Below, piece by piece: positions 53,725 to 63,724 of a DNA stretch of 64,000 nucleotides. The notes below the pieces were generated by a model, which ran no database searches, had not been told where the DNA came from, and saw only the letters and a list, made by a program, of their open reading frames with translations. The position numbers and the translations under genes were made by a program. This DNA comes from Planctomycetota bacterium (lineage in GTDB: Bacteria; Planctomycetota; JAJSAM01; JAJVHW01). Location of the stretch: the NCBI GenBank assembly GCA_024280885.1, contig JAJRPF010000048.1:95868-159867 (forward strand), written 5' to 3'. Position 1 is the first letter of the stretch, and every line of letters begins with the position of its first letter.

Positions 53725-55050
53725 CTAGAGCTCCAGCATGAGGCGTCGCGGGTCCTGCAGGAGCGCAGCGACGTGGTTCATGAAGTACGCGCCCGTCGCG
53801 CCGTCGTTCATGCGGTGATCGATGGAGATCGACAGGTACATGATCTCGCGGATCACGATCTCGCCATCGACGACCCACGGCTTCTTGCGGATGGCGTGGA
53901 CGCCGAGGATCGCGGCTTCGGGGTAGTTGATGACCGGCGTCGCGAACAACCCGCCGATGTTCCCGGCGTTGGTGATCGTGAACGTGCCGTCCTGCAAGTC
54001 GGCGAGCTTCGCCTTGCCGTCGCGCGCGTCGGCGGCAACGCGTGTGATCTCGGCGGCGAGTTGCACGATCGTCAGATGATCGACGCCCTTGGCGACGGGG
54101 ACCATGAGCCCGTTGTCGGTGTCCACCGCGATACCGAAGTTCTGGTAGTGCTTGACCACGAACTCCTGGCGCGCGTCGTCGGTCAGGCCGTTGAGCGTCG
54201 GGAAGCGCTTGAGCGCACTCGACACGGCTTTCATGATGAACGGCAGGTACGTGAGCTTCGCGCCCATCTCGGCGGCGTCGCTCTTCAGCGCGCTGCGCAT
54301 CGCGACGAGGTCCGTGACGTCGAGCTCTTCCACGTAGGTGAAGTGCGCCGCCGTGGACTTCGAGATGTGCATCTTCTCGGCGATCTTCTTGCGCACGCCC
54401 TTGATCGGGATGCGCGTCTCGCTCTCGCCCGGTGGGATGGTCGGGAGCTTGATCGGCGTGGGCGCGGCGATGGGCGCTGGCGTCGCTGCCGTCGTGGGCG
54501 CGTCGGCCGCCGGAGCACCAGCCACTGCGGCCGCGTAGGCCTCGATGTCGTTCGCCGTCACGCGACCGGCGTCGCCGTTGCCGCGGATCCGCTCGATGTC
54601 CACACCGGCCGTGCGCGCGAGCTTGCGTGTGTAGGGCGTAGCGAGCGCGCGCTGTCCCGCGGGGCGCTCGATCTCGAGTGCCGAGACGGCACTCGCGGCG
54701 GGCGCGGGTGCGGCTGCGACGGGCGCCGCTTCTGCGACCGCGGCAGCCGGCTCGTCGTCATCCTCGTCGTGGTCGCCGTGCTGGGCGACCGTCGGGATGT
54801 GCGCGCCCTCGGCTGGCTCGATCGTGAGCAACGTGGCGCCGACCGGCGTGACGACGCCCTCGGCGGCCAGGATCGAGACGACCGTGCCGGGCAGTGGGCA
54901 GGGGATCTCGACGGTGGCTTTGTCGGTCATGACCTCGCAGAGAATGTCGTCCTCGGCGACGACGTCACCCTCGCTGACCTTCCACTCGACGACCTCGCCT
55001 TCGGCGACGCCCTCTCCGATGTCGGGAAGCGGGAACTCGAAAAGACTCAC
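53725..55050 (-). CDS. Dihydrolipoamide acyltransferase (E2)
   Basis: Lipoyl domain LPDIGEG..MTDKATVE; E3-binding ATPYTRKLA; catalytic DHRMNDG; GGAG RBS before GTG. Confidence 0.95.
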   Translation of the reverse strand: MSLFEFPLPDIGEGVAEGEVVEWKVSEGDVVAEDDILCEVMTDKATVEIPCPLPGTVVSILAAEGVVTPVGATLLTIEPAEGAHIPTVAQHGDHDEDDDEPAAAVAEAAPVAAAPAPAASAVSALEIERPAGQRALATPYTRKLARTAGVDIERIRGNGDAGRVTANDIEAYAAAVAGAPAADAPTTAATPAPIAAPTPIKLPTIPPGESETRIPIKGVRKKIAEKMHISKSTAAHFTYVEELDVTDLVAMRSALKSDAAEMGAKLTYLPFIMKAVSSALKRFPTLNGLTDDARQEFVVKHYQNFGIAVDTDNGLMVPVAKGVDHLTIVQLAAEITRVAADARDGKAKLADLQDGTFTITNAGNIGGLFATPVINYPEAAILGVHAIRKKPWVVDGEIVIREIMYLSISIDHRMNDGATGAYFMNHVAALLQDPRRLMLEL

Positions 55051-55083
55051 GGCGATCTCCTGCTCTCTCTGTTGCTCTCTTTG

Positions 55084-55109
55084 GTGCACGCTCAGTGTGC
55101 ACGCTCAGT
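55084..55109. repeat. Tandem 13-mer GTGCACGCTCAGT x2 between E1beta and E2
   Basis: Exact adjacent copies 55084-55096 and 55097-55109. Confidence 0.75.
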
Positions 55110-55134
55110 CGTCTGCTGCGGACTCGTCGCTTGG

Positions 55135-56112
55135 CTACGCGTAGTTGAACGCGCGCTCGACGGCGGCCAACGTGCGCTTCGGGTCCGGCATGTAGACGTG
55201 CTCGAGTGCGTAGGGGAACGGCGTGTCGAAGCCGGTCACGCGCAGGATCGGCGCGCGCAGACTGTCGATCGCCCGCTCGGCCACGGTCGCCGCGATCTCG
55301 CCGCCGAAGCCGCCGGTGCGAGGCGCCTCGTGCAGGATGACCAGGCGACCGGTCTTGCGCACGGAGTCGAGGACGCACTCGCGATCCCACGGGAAGATCG
55401 TGCGCAGGTCGATGACCTCGACGTCGATGTCCTTCTTCGCGGCGGCCTTCGCCGTCTTGTTGGCGACGTGCGTCATCGCGCCCCATGCGACGAGCGTCAC
55501 GTCGGCGCCTTCGCGAGCGATGCGCGCCTTGCCGATCGGCACGACGTAGTCGCCCTCCGGGACCTCGCCCTTCACCGAGCGATAGATCGCCTTCGGCTCG
55601 AGGAACATGACCGGGTCGCCGTGGCGGATCGATGCGAGGAGCAAACCCTTCGCGTCGTGCGGCGTCGCGGGCATCACAACCGTCAGCCCCGGTGTGTGTG
55701 TGAAGTACGCCTCGGACGACTGCGAGTGGTAGTGACCACCGCGGATGCCGCCGCCGTAGGGGCTGCGGATCACCATCGGGCACGTGAACTGACCGCCCGA
55801 GCGGTAGCGCATCTTGGCCGCCTCCGAGACGATCTGATCGAAGCCCGGATAGATGAAGTCCAGGAACTGGATCTCGGCGACCGGCTTCATGCCGTAGAGC
55901 GCCATGCCGATGGCCGTGCCGATGATCCCGCTCTCGGCAAGAGGGGTGTTCATCACGCGCTTGTCGCCGTACTTGGCGAGCAGGCCCTCGGTCGCGCGGA
56001 ACACGCCGCCGAGCGTCGCGATGTCCTCGCCGAGGACCACCACGTCCTTGTCGCGGCCCATCTCCTGGTGCAGTGCCGAGTTCACGGCCTGCAATACGGT
56101 CATCTCGGCCAT
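55135..56112 (-). CDS. 2-oxoacid dehydrogenase E1 beta subunit
   Basis: GEDI..GGVFRAT, NTPLAESGIIG, EIQF, HSQS, FLEPK. Confidence 0.96.
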   Translation of the reverse strand: MAEMTVLQAVNSALHQEMGRDKDVVVLGEDIATLGGVFRATEGLLAKYGDKRVMNTPLAESGIIGTAIGMALYGMKPVAEIQFLDFIYPGFDQIVSEAAKMRYRSGGQFTCPMVIRSPYGGGIRGGHYHSQSSEAYFTHTPGLTVVMPATPHDAKGLLLASIRHGDPVMFLEPKAIYRSVKGEVPEGDYVVPIGKARIAREGADVTLVAWGAMTHVANKTAKAAAKKDIDVEVIDLRTIFPWDRECVLDSVRKTGRLVILHEAPRTGGFGGEIAATVAERAIDSLRAPILRVTGFDTPFPYALEHVYMPDPKRTLAAVERAFNYA

Positions 56113-56209
56113 CGTGGCTCTCTCCGGTTGTCAGTCGTCCGATTGTCGTTCAGTCAGTTCGTCGCCCGGCTCGATATCGCGAACCGGACGCTTGGCAGCG
56201 CATGCGGTG

Positions 56210-57358
56210 CTACAGCGGGAACTCGGCGCCGCTCGTGTCCTCGCGGACCTCGCCGCCTTCGAAGGCGACCAGGAAGTCGGATTGCTCTCTCAGAATATCG
56301 GGCATCTTGGCGTAGACGTCCTCGAAGAGCGATTCGAGCGTCGGCTTCTCGACCTGTTCGTTGCGCTTGAACGAGGCGAGCACGATCTCAGCGCACTCCT
56401 CCTCGATCCCTTTCACCTCGTCCTCGGTCATCACACCGGTGCCGGTCAGGTAGCGCCGGAAGCGGGCGATCGGATCGCGCCGCTGCCACTCCTCGCGCTC
56501 GCCGGCCGGCTGGTAGACCGTCGGATCGTCCGACGAGCTGTGCGGCCCCATCCGGTAGCTCATCGCCTCGATGAAGACCGGCCCGTTGCCAGCGCGCGCG
56601 TGCTCGACGGCGCTGCGCGTGGCCTGTGCGACCGCGAGCACGTCGTTGCCGTCCACCCGCATCGCGGGCATGCCGTAGCCGATGGCCTTCTCGGCGAGGT
56701 TGCGCGCCGCGCACTGCTGCTCGAAGGGGGTCGAGATCGCCCAGCGGTTGTTGTTGCAGAAGAAGATGACCGGAGCCTTCCACACGCCAGCGAAGTTCAT
56801 GCCCGTGTGGAAGTCGTTGGTCGAGGACGAGCCGTCACCGAAGTACGTGACGGCGACCTTCTTCTCGCCCCTGATCTGCATGGCGCGCGCGGTGCCGACG
56901 GCCTGCACGACCTGCGTGCCGAGCGGCGATGAAACCGAGACCCAGTTGATCTCGCTCATCGTGTAGTGGACCGGCATCTGTCGGCCGCGGCCGTTGTCGT
57001 CGCGGTTGCCGAAGAGGTTCGCCACCATCTGGTCGAGTTCGGCGCCGCGCCAGAGCGCGGTCCCGGGCACCCGGTAGTGCGGGAACATCCAGTCGTCGTC
57101 TTCGAAGCAGTACGCGCTGCCGATCTGGAGGGCCTCTTCGCCGAAGCTCGGAAGGTAGAAGCCGAGGCGACCCTGCCGCTGGTAGCGCATGCCACGCTCG
57201 TCGAGCGCGCGCGTCAGCGTCATGACCCGGTGCATCCGCAGGAGATCGTCTTCCGGGATGTCGTGGCTGACGCTCGTCGGATCTTCGTCGAACGTCGGCA
57301 GGACGCTCAGGACGTCGGCCTCGCCGGGCGTGGATTCGAAGAGGGCGCTATCGGCCAT
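56210..57358 (-). CDS. 2-oxoacid dehydrogenase E1 alpha subunit (first copy)
   Basis: YQRQGRLGFY, RQMPVHY, GDGSSS..NNN TPP motif, HSSSDDP; AGGAGG RBS. Confidence 0.95.
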   Translation of the reverse strand: MADSALFESTPGEADVLSVLPTFDEDPTSVSHDIPEDDLLRMHRVMTLTRALDERGMRYQRQGRLGFYLPSFGEEALQIGSAYCFEDDDWMFPHYRVPGTALWRGAELDQMVANLFGNRDDNGRGRQMPVHYTMSEINWVSVSSPLGTQVVQAVGTARAMQIRGEKKVAVTYFGDGSSSTNDFHTGMNFAGVWKAPVIFFCNNNRWAISTPFEQQCAARNLAEKAIGYGMPAMRVDGNDVLAVAQATRSAVEHARAGNGPVFIEAMSYRMGPHSSSDDPTVYQPAGEREEWQRRDPIARFRRYLTGTGVMTEDEVKGIEEECAEIVLASFKRNEQVEKPTLESLFEDVYAKMPDILREQSDFLVAFEGGEVREDTSGAEFPL

Positions 57359-57497
57359 GGGCAGGGAGCCTCCTGGAAAAACGCCCGTCCTGACCGGAGG
57401 GGGACCGGGAGGCTCGGGCGAGCCCCCGAAGGTAGCTATCCGATGCGGGCCGCCCAAGCCTTCCCGGCTCCGGGCGCACGCTCTAGCCTCGTAGGCG

Positions 57498-58076
57498 ATG
57501 GATGATTCAAAGTACTGTGAGGCGTGCGGGAAAGCGGCCTCTGCCGACGCGCAATTCTGCGGTGGTTGCGGTCGCGCATTCCCGGGATTCGAGCCTGCAG
57601 CCGAGCCCGCGATCCCCGTACGCGCGGGTTCCGGGGCCGTCGCGCCCCCTGTCCCGGAGGGCGCGTCGGGGCCCGAGAAGGAGCTCTTCGATCTCCGCCC
57701 GCTCGCGGTGCGTGGCTTCGGCGAGTTGCTGCTCTGTGTGCTCACGGTCGGGCTCGCCTGGCTCGTGCTCTGGCTGATGCGGCGTTGGACGCGCTATCGC
57801 ATCACGGACCAGCGCATCGAGGTGCAGACCGGTGTCCTGGACCGGCGCCGCGAGGCCATCGAACTCTTCCGCGTGCAGGACTTCGAGATCCAGGAGCCAC
57901 TCTTCTTGCGCCTGCGCGATGCCGGCAGCCTGGTCATCCGCTCGATGGACCCCGCCGAGGGCGAGATCGTGCTCGCTGCCGTCCCCGGCGTTCAGGAGGT
58001 CTACGAGACGATGCGCCGAACGTCGATCGACCAGCGCGCGCTCCACCGCGTCCGCCTGCTTGAGGGCATGGAGTAG
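57498..58076 (+). CDS. Zinc-ribbon plus bacterial PH-domain membrane protein
   Basis: YCEACG..AQFCGGCG; TM segment; TRYRITDQRI..GVL..IELFRVQD. Confidence 0.85.
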   Translation: MDDSKYCEACGKAASADAQFCGGCGRAFPGFEPAAEPAIPVRAGSGAVAPPVPEGASGPEKELFDLRPLAVRGFGELLLCVLTVGLAWLVLWLMRRWTRYRITDQRIEVQTGVLDRRREAIELFRVQDFEIQEPLFLRLRDAGSLVIRSMDPAEGEIVLAAVPGVQEVYETMRRTSIDQRALHRVRLLEGME

Positions 58077-58106
58077 CGCGGGAGCGCAGACTCTCGGAAC
58101 GCAGCT

Positions 58107-59513
58107 TCACGCCGCGGCCGAGTCTCCGGCTGCGGCCGCCGCCTCTTCTGCCGCTTCGAGCTCGGCCTCGGTCGGGTGGCGGTGGACGCGCACCTTCAGG
58201 ATCGCCTTCTCGTTCGCCTCGACGATCGTGATCACGACGCCGAACGCATCGAGGGTCTCGCCACGACGTGGGATGCGCTCCAGCTCGTCGAGGAGCAGCC
58301 CGGCGACCGTGCGGTGATTGGGAATGTCGGTCCCCAGCGCTTCGTTGACCTCGTTCACCTCGATGCGGGCATCGCAGACGATCTCGTTCTCGGCCACGCG
58401 CTGGATATCGTCGGCGTCGGCGAGATCGCCCTCGTCGATGATCTCGCCGACGATCTCCTCGATCACGTCTTCGAGCGTGACGAGCCCGACCGTCTCGCCG
58501 TACTCCCCGACCACGATCGCAAGCGGCTGTGTGCGCCGTTGCAGCGCGACCATCAGGTCGTCGGCGGGCATGGTCTCGGGCACGAAGAACGCCTTGAAGC
58601 AGACGCGCGCGTCCGTCAGCTTGACCGAGTCGTGATCCCGCGCCAACTCCAGCAGCGCGTCGGAGCGATCCAGTACGCCCACGATCTCGTCCCGCTGTTC
58701 ACGGTAGATCGGGATGCGCGAGCGTGTGATCTCGGCGATCTTCTCGGCGATCTCCCCGAGCGTCTGATCGGCCTCGAGAGTGACCATCTCCACGCGCGGG
58801 GTCATCACGTCTTCCGCCGTGATGTCGTTCAACCGGAAGATGCGCTGGATCATCTCGCTCTCGTCTTCCTCGATTGCGCCTTGCTCCCCGGCAAGGTCGG
58901 TGAGCCGCGTGATCTCTTCTTCCGATGTCACGTGGCCTGCCCCGGTGCGCAAGAAGCGCTTCTGCGCAAGCCCTGCGAGCCAGATCACCGGCGAGAGCGC
59001 CGTCTGCAGGAAGCGGATCGCGGGGGCCGTCAGTCGGCACACGACCACGTTGTGTTGCTCGCCGTACGTCTTCGGGACGATCTCGCCCGCCAGGATTACG
59101 ACGAGCGTGAGTAACCCGAAGAAGACGCCCGATGCAATCGCGACGGCATTCGTGAAGTGCGTCGCGACCCACGTGTTGAAGAGCATGCCGGTCAGGCCGG
59201 AGCCGGCGATGTTTGCGATGTTGTTGACGACGACGATCGTCGCGAGCGGCTTTGCGAAATCGAGGCGCATGCGTCCGGCCAGGCGATCCAGTCGATGCTG
59301 GTCCTCGGACATCGAGTGGGCGCGCGCCGTCGGGAGCGAGAGGAAGGCCGCCTCGGTCATCGACGCAAGGGCTGACATCGCCAGCATGATGAATGCGGCG
59401 ACAAGGACCGGCCAGAGCTCAAGCCACATATCGAGGCTTGAACTTTGCGCGATCAAGGTCAGGTGAGCCGACGTCCCCGCCGGCCCAATACTACTTCCGA
59501 GGATCTCGTCCAT
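58107..59513 (-). CDS. Hemolysin/CNNM (DUF21-CBS-CorC) transporter-associated protein
   Basis: [48 protein letters not shown]; start could be later. Confidence 0.92.
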   Translation of the reverse strand: MDEILGSSIGPAGTSAHLTLIAQSSSLDMWLELWPVLVAAFIMLAMSALASMTEAAFLSLPTARAHSMSEDQHRLDRLAGRMRLDFAKPLATIVVVNNIANIAGSGLTGMLFNTWVATHFTNAVAIASGVFFGLLTLVVILAGEIVPKTYGEQHNVVVCRLTAPAIRFLQTALSPVIWLAGLAQKRFLRTGAGHVTSEEEITRLTDLAGEQGAIEEDESEMIQRIFRLNDITAEDVMTPRVEMVTLEADQTLGEIAEKIAEITRSRIPIYREQRDEIVGVLDRSDALLELARDHDSVKLTDARVCFKAFFVPETMPADDLMVALQRRTQPLAIVVGEYGETVGLVTLEDVIEEIVGEIIDEGDLADADDIQRVAENEIVCDARIEVNEVNEALGTDIPNHRTVAGLLLDELERIPRRGETLDAFGVVITIVEANEKAILKVRVHRHPTEAELEAAEEAAAAAGDSAAA

Positions 59514-59672
59514 GGTTGCCCGAAGGCGCCCTCATCCTACACGTCCCGATCGACGTCTGTTCGATTCCGGCGAGATTGATCCGCCAAAAACGCAATTCGC
59601 CAGCAGTGCGGCCAGCAACCCGCGTGGATGTTGGCCTGCCCGGGCGCTGCGGGACGCTCGAGTCACGGATCC

Positions 59673-60623
59673 TCAACGCGCGTCCTCCGACGCCGCGGGC
59701 GGCGCTGGCAGGTCCGTGAGGACCACTGGGTCGGTCGGGATCGCTCGGAGTTGATATCGACCGACCAAGTCTCGGGCCGTGAGCCGCTCGCCTGGCCTTG
59801 CGAGCCCGGCCGACCACGCCAGCCAGCCGACGAGCGCTTCTGCCGTGACGCCGTCGGCTCGCAATTGCGCGACGCGCGTGTCGCCGTGGCGCTTCGCGAG
59901 TCGCCGCCCATCCTCACCCACGACGAGGGAGACGTGGACGTACGCGGGCGTCGGCAATCTGAGCGCCCGCTGGAGCAAGATCTGACGCGCTGTACTCGGG
60001 AGCAGATCGTCTCCGCGCATGACGAGATCAACACCGGTCTCGGCGTCATCCACCACCGTCGCCAGTTGGTAGGCCGCCATTCCGTTGGCGCGCCGGATCG
60101 GGAAGTCGCCGGTCTCGAGCGACGGGTTGAAGCTCTGCGGCCCGCGCAGCAAGTCGTGGAATATGACAGCGTCGGGCGGCGTTCGAAAACGCAGCGCTGC
60201 GTCTCGACCGGTCTGGGCGTGAGCATCCTCGTAGGACGCAAAGCGGCCATCGCACGTGCCCGGATAGCGCGCCCCGTCACTGCCATGGGGCGCACTCGCA
60301 GCCCGTTCGATCTCGCGCCGGCTGCAGACGCACGGGAACGCGAGCCCGGCATCGAGCAGTCGCTGCGCCGCCGCCTCGTACGTGTTCGACCGTTCGCTCT
60401 GGACGAGCACGCCCTCGTCGCTGTCCCAATCGAGGCCCAGCCAGAGCAGGTCGTCGCGCGCCTGCTCGGCTGCTCCCGTCTTGACCCGCGGCCCGTCAAG
60501 ATCGTCGTCGCGGTAGAGCACGACGCCCCCCGCGGCGCGCGCGTGCGCCCAGTTGAGCAGGAACGTCCGCGCGTTCCCCACGTGCAGGGCACCGGTTGGG
60601 CTCGGGGCGAGGCGCGTGCGCAC
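59673..60623 (-). CDS. gluQ: tRNA glutamyl-Q(34) synthetase
   Basis: RLAPSPTGALHVGN, CVCSR, YQLATVVDD, RGDDL, RLAKRH; lacks the anticodon-binding domain; adjacent to queF. Confidence 0.9.
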   Translation of the reverse strand: MRTRLAPSPTGALHVGNARTFLLNWAHARAAGGVVLYRDDDLDGPRVKTGAAEQARDDLLWLGLDWDSDEGVLVQSERSNTYEAAAQRLLDAGLAFPCVCSRREIERAASAPHGSDGARYPGTCDGRFASYEDAHAQTGRDAALRFRTPPDAVIFHDLLRGPQSFNPSLETGDFPIRRANGMAAYQLATVVDDAETGVDLVMRGDDLLPSTARQILLQRALRLPTPAYVHVSLVVGEDGRRLAKRHGDTRVAQLRADGVTAEALVGWLAWSAGLARPGERLTARDLVGRYQLRAIPTDPVVLTDLPAPPAASEDAR

Positions 60624-60631
60624 GGCGGGCG

Positions 60632-60970
60632 CTACGCGGACGCCTCGTGCGTGCAGCGGACGTTGGTCGAGATGCCACCGCGCGCAGTGAATTCACCGGT
60701 CACGGTCATGCTCCTGGGCGCGAGTGCCTCGACGAGCGTGTCGAGGATCTCGTTCGTGGCGGCCTCGTAGAAGATCCCCTTGTTGCGGTAGCTCTGGAGC
60801 CAGAGCTTGAAGCTCTTGAGCTCGACGCACGCCTTGGCAGGTACGTAGACGACACGGATCGTGCCGAAGTCCGGATGGCCCGTGACGGGGCAGACCGACG
60901 TGAATTCAGGCTGGATGATCTCGATCTCGTAGTCGCGACCGGGGCGGGGATTGTCGAATGTCTCAAGCAT
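60632..60970 (-). CDS. queF: NADPH-dependent preQ0 reductase (type I)
   Basis: [28 protein letters not shown]. Confidence 0.95.
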   Translation of the reverse strand: MLETFDNPRPGRDYEIEIIQPEFTSVCPVTGHPDFGTIRVVYVPAKACVELKSFKLWLQSYRNKGIFYEAATNEILDTLVEALAPRSMTVTGEFTARGGISTNVRCTHEASA

Positions 60971-61072
60971 GGCTTAGGTCTCCGCGGCGCATCCTGCGCG
61001 TCCCGCCTTTGCAAGCGGTGGATTCTGTCAGCGATGGATCCCGCCAGCAATCGAATCCAGAGGCGTCACGAA

Positions 61073-61108
61073 CGAAGGCCCACGGGACATTTGTCCCGTA
61101 GGCCTTCG
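61073..61108 (-). terminator. Hairpin downstream of the ferredoxin gene
   Basis: CGAAGGCCCACGGGACA-TT-TGTCCCGTAGGCCTTCG; the single C/A mismatch is a G-U pair on the minus strand. Confidence 0.6.
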
Positions 61109-61143
61109 GCATTTGTGGCCCGACTCTCGTCGGTGTGCGCGCG

Positions 61144-61464
61144 CTACGCGGCGTTGTCGGGGTTGTGCGGCGCCTCGGAGGAGTCGCGCAATTCCCAACC
61201 ATCGGCCTCGGTCGATGCGTTCGGCCACATCTCGGCCGCGGCCTTGTTGTAGTCAGCCCAGTCGGGGGCCTGGTCTTCGGTGTCCACGATCGCGTTGATC
61301 GGGCACTCCGGCAGGCACGCACCGCAGTCGATGCAGGTGTCCGGATTGATGACCATCATGGTGGCGCCTTCGTGGTCGCCGTAGTGCATCGCCTCGACGG
61401 GGCAGACCTCGACGCACGCGCCGTAGCGCTCTCCCATGCACTTTCCGATGATGACGTAGGACAT
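61144..61464 (-). CDS. Ferredoxin (7Fe/FdxA-like)
   Basis: MSYVIIGKC..ACVEVCPV..CIDCGACLPECP; GGGAG RBS. Confidence 0.92.
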   Translation of the reverse strand: MSYVIIGKCMGERYGACVEVCPVEAMHYGDHEGATMMVINPDTCIDCGACLPECPINAIVDTEDQAPDWADYNKAAAEMWPNASTEADGWELRDSSEAPHNPDNAA

Positions 61465-61579
61465 AGCACTCTCCCTGATAGACCGGTTCCCAATCCCTTC
61501 TTGGGGGGCCACCGAAACTAGCGAGGCCCCCGAGGCTCGCCAAATGGATATGGCCAGAACTTCGAATTGAGATCCGGTC

Positions 61580-62386
61580 TCAATTGTCAGGTCGGGTGTG
61601 ACAGGAGTCGTTGCCGCTCGCGAAGCGGTAGATGTGGTGCGTCAGTTCGCCCATCTGTTCCGCAAGTCGGTGGTCGCCACCACCGAGCAAGATGACGTCG
61701 AGATCATCACGCTCGGATGCGTCCGTGAAGTCAATCGTCGCCTGCCAGGGCACCGTCTCGTCGCGGAGCCCGTGGATGATGAGAGTGGGCGTTACAAGTA
61801 GCTCGGCGAGGCGACGCCAGGAATGCCGTGTCCGGTCGTTCAGCACACTTGCGGCCAGCTCCTGACCGGCGAGATGCGGGACGCGCAGGGCGTGCGTTGC
61901 GCCGCCCTCCCACGCTGCCCGCTCGTCGTCCGGCAGTGTCAGCAAGTACCGATCGAGGAAGCCGAACGCAGGCGCGATCAACGCCAGACGATCGCAGAGC
62001 GTCGGGTCCTCGACGGCAGCCCACGCCGCCACGACGCCCCCGAATGACGAGCCGACGAGTGCTCGCCGCGGCGCGTCGCGGAACTCCGGCAGCTCCGCCA
62101 CGCGGCGCACGTCGCCGATCGAACGAGCGACCGTCGTCAGATCAAAGCCTCCGCCCGAGTCGCCGTGCCCCTGCAGATCGAGTGCGATCACCGTCCACCC
62201 GAGCGCCGGGAGCGCGGTGCCCAGTTCCTCGATCTTGCCGCCGCGGCGCCCCGAGCCGAACCCGTGGACGGCGATCAGCGCACCGCAGGGTTCGTCGTCG
62301 ACCGTGCCCGAATCTGCCGTGTAGATGTCCACAGCGAGTTCGACCCCACTCGGGAGCGGGACGCGCGTCGTGCGGCGTTCAGACAT
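61580..62386 (-). CDS. Alpha/beta-fold hydrolase
   Basis: HGFGS, GHGDS, GSSFGG, HGLRDETVP, GDHRL. Confidence 0.9.
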   Translation of the reverse strand: MSERRTTRVPLPSGVELAVDIYTADSGTVDDEPCGALIAVHGFGSGRRGGKIEELGTALPALGWTVIALDLQGHGDSGGGFDLTTVARSIGDVRRVAELPEFRDAPRRALVGSSFGGVVAAWAAVEDPTLCDRLALIAPAFGFLDRYLLTLPDDERAAWEGGATHALRVPHLAGQELAASVLNDRTRHSWRRLAELLVTPTLIIHGLRDETVPWQATIDFTDASERDDLDVILLGGGDHRLAEQMGELTHHIYRFASGNDSCHTRPDN

Positions 62387-63254
62387 CGAGACCCGCGTCG
62401 CGGAGGATGTACTCGATGACGGCGTCCTCGTGATGGGGGCCGATCGTCTCGCAGGCCACGTCGATCAGCTCTTGGTCGGCGTTCGCGACCGCGATCCGTC
62501 GGTGCGCCACGTCGAAGAGCGGCAGGTCGCCGGTCGTGTCCCCGAAGACGACGATCTCGTGGTCGCTGAACTCGTGCCGCTCGAGGAGATCCCGGACGCC
62601 GTTGTCCTTGCCCGCGTCGGTTGCGTGCGCCGTGAGCCAGCGCCAGCCGGGCGAGTAGGCGTTGTCGTAGACGTGGATGGTCATCGCGTCCGGGTGCTCG
62701 TCGCGCAGCGCGGCGGCCACCGCGTCCGTGACGTCGGGTTGCGCCATGACGGTGACGCACGTCACCTGCTCGTCGAAGACCGACGTGAGGTCGCCGACAC
62801 GTCGCAAGCGCGGATCCATGGCTGCGACGCGATCGTCGAGATACCACTGCATCCCGCCGTTCGTGACGACGTCGTAGGACACGTGGTCGCGCGTTCCCGT
62901 CGTGGTCGAAATCCAGGCCGACGTGCCGTGTTGTTTCGCGGTGTCGAGGACGGCCAGGGCAGCGCCCGACGTCATCGCACGCACGCGCAGGTGCGTGCGC
63001 GTCACCATGTCGGTGAGGAGCGCCCCGTGCTGCGCGATCACGGGTAGCGTGAGCCGCAAGTCGCCCAGGATCTCACGGATCGAGTGGGGGTTGCGCGCCG
63101 TCGCGATCGTGAACGGCACGTCGGCCGCCAGCAACCGCTCAAGCCCCGCGCGCGTCGCCGCCGAGAGTCGCGCGTCCGGATCGAGGAGCGTGCCGTCGAG
63201 ATCCGTGATGTAGAGCCGCGGCGCGTTGTCGTCGCTGGACGTGCGCCGCGTCAT
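62379..63254 (-). CDS. Cof-type HAD hydrolase
   Basis: TDLDGTLL, IATAR, K..G, FGDTTGDLPLF. Confidence 0.92.
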   Translation of the reverse strand: MTRRTSSDDNAPRLYITDLDGTLLDPDARLSAATRAGLERLLAADVPFTIATARNPHSIREILGDLRLTLPVIAQHGALLTDMVTRTHLRVRAMTSGAALAVLDTAKQHGTSAWISTTTGTRDHVSYDVVTNGGMQWYLDDRVAAMDPRLRRVGDLTSVFDEQVTCVTVMAQPDVTDAVAAALRDEHPDAMTIHVYDNAYSPGWRWLTAHATDAGKDNGVRDLLERHEFSDHEIVVFGDTTGDLPLFDVAHRRIAVANADQELIDVACETIGPHHEDAVIEYILRDAGLDV

Positions 63255-63724
63255 TTCCGCTCCACGCGCTCCACGAATTTGCGGATCGTGTAGACGCCAC
63301 CCGTGCGGCCCCACCAAACGAAGGCGGCGTCGCCCGTTGCGGCGATGGCGGCCGCGGCGCGCGCCAGCAACCGGCGCCCCTCGCGCCCGCCCGCGCGTCC
63401 GGGCTCGGAGACCGAGAGGAAGATGTGTGTCACATGCTCGCGGAACGGGCCCGAGTTCTTGCCGTCGCCGATCGTCCACGGGAAGTGCGCGCCACCGACG
63501 ACTGCCTCGCCTTCGCGGAATTCCCAGACTTTCTCGGCGTTCGCATCGTCGGTCGTGGGCTCGCGGCGCGATACGACGAGCTTCGGCGCATGCCGGTCGA
63601 ACCATCCCTGGAGCACGGCATCGGGCGGGATCGAGCCGGACTGGAGCGCGACCGCGGCCCACGCGTTGGGCTCGCCGACTCGCGTCGGCGTCGTCAGATC
63701 CAGTGCGCTCGTCGGCTCGGCCAT
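63251..63724 (-). CDS. Hypothetical protein
   Basis: ATGA-coupled to the HAD gene; TAGTTT box 7 nt upstream of ATG. Confidence 0.65.
   Translation of the reverse strand: MAEPTSALDLTTPTRVGEPNAWAAVALQSGSIPPDAVLQGWFDRHAPKLVVSRREPTTDDANAEKVWEFREGEAVVGGAHFPWTIGDGKNSGPFREHVTHIFLSVSEPGRAGGREGRRLLARAAAAIAATGDAAFVWWGRTGGVYTIRKFVERVERK

Noticed and set aside
53626-56370. 914-aa plus-strand ORF, and similar long antisense ORFs such as 22464-24212, 28753-30594 and 48720-50279
   Set aside because: Shadow frames opposite well-supported genes; no recognisable motifs
60971-61070. preQ1 riboswitch upstream of queF
   Set aside because: No preQ1-I stem/loop consensus or A-rich tail seen; an Infernal search would be needed to exclude other classes
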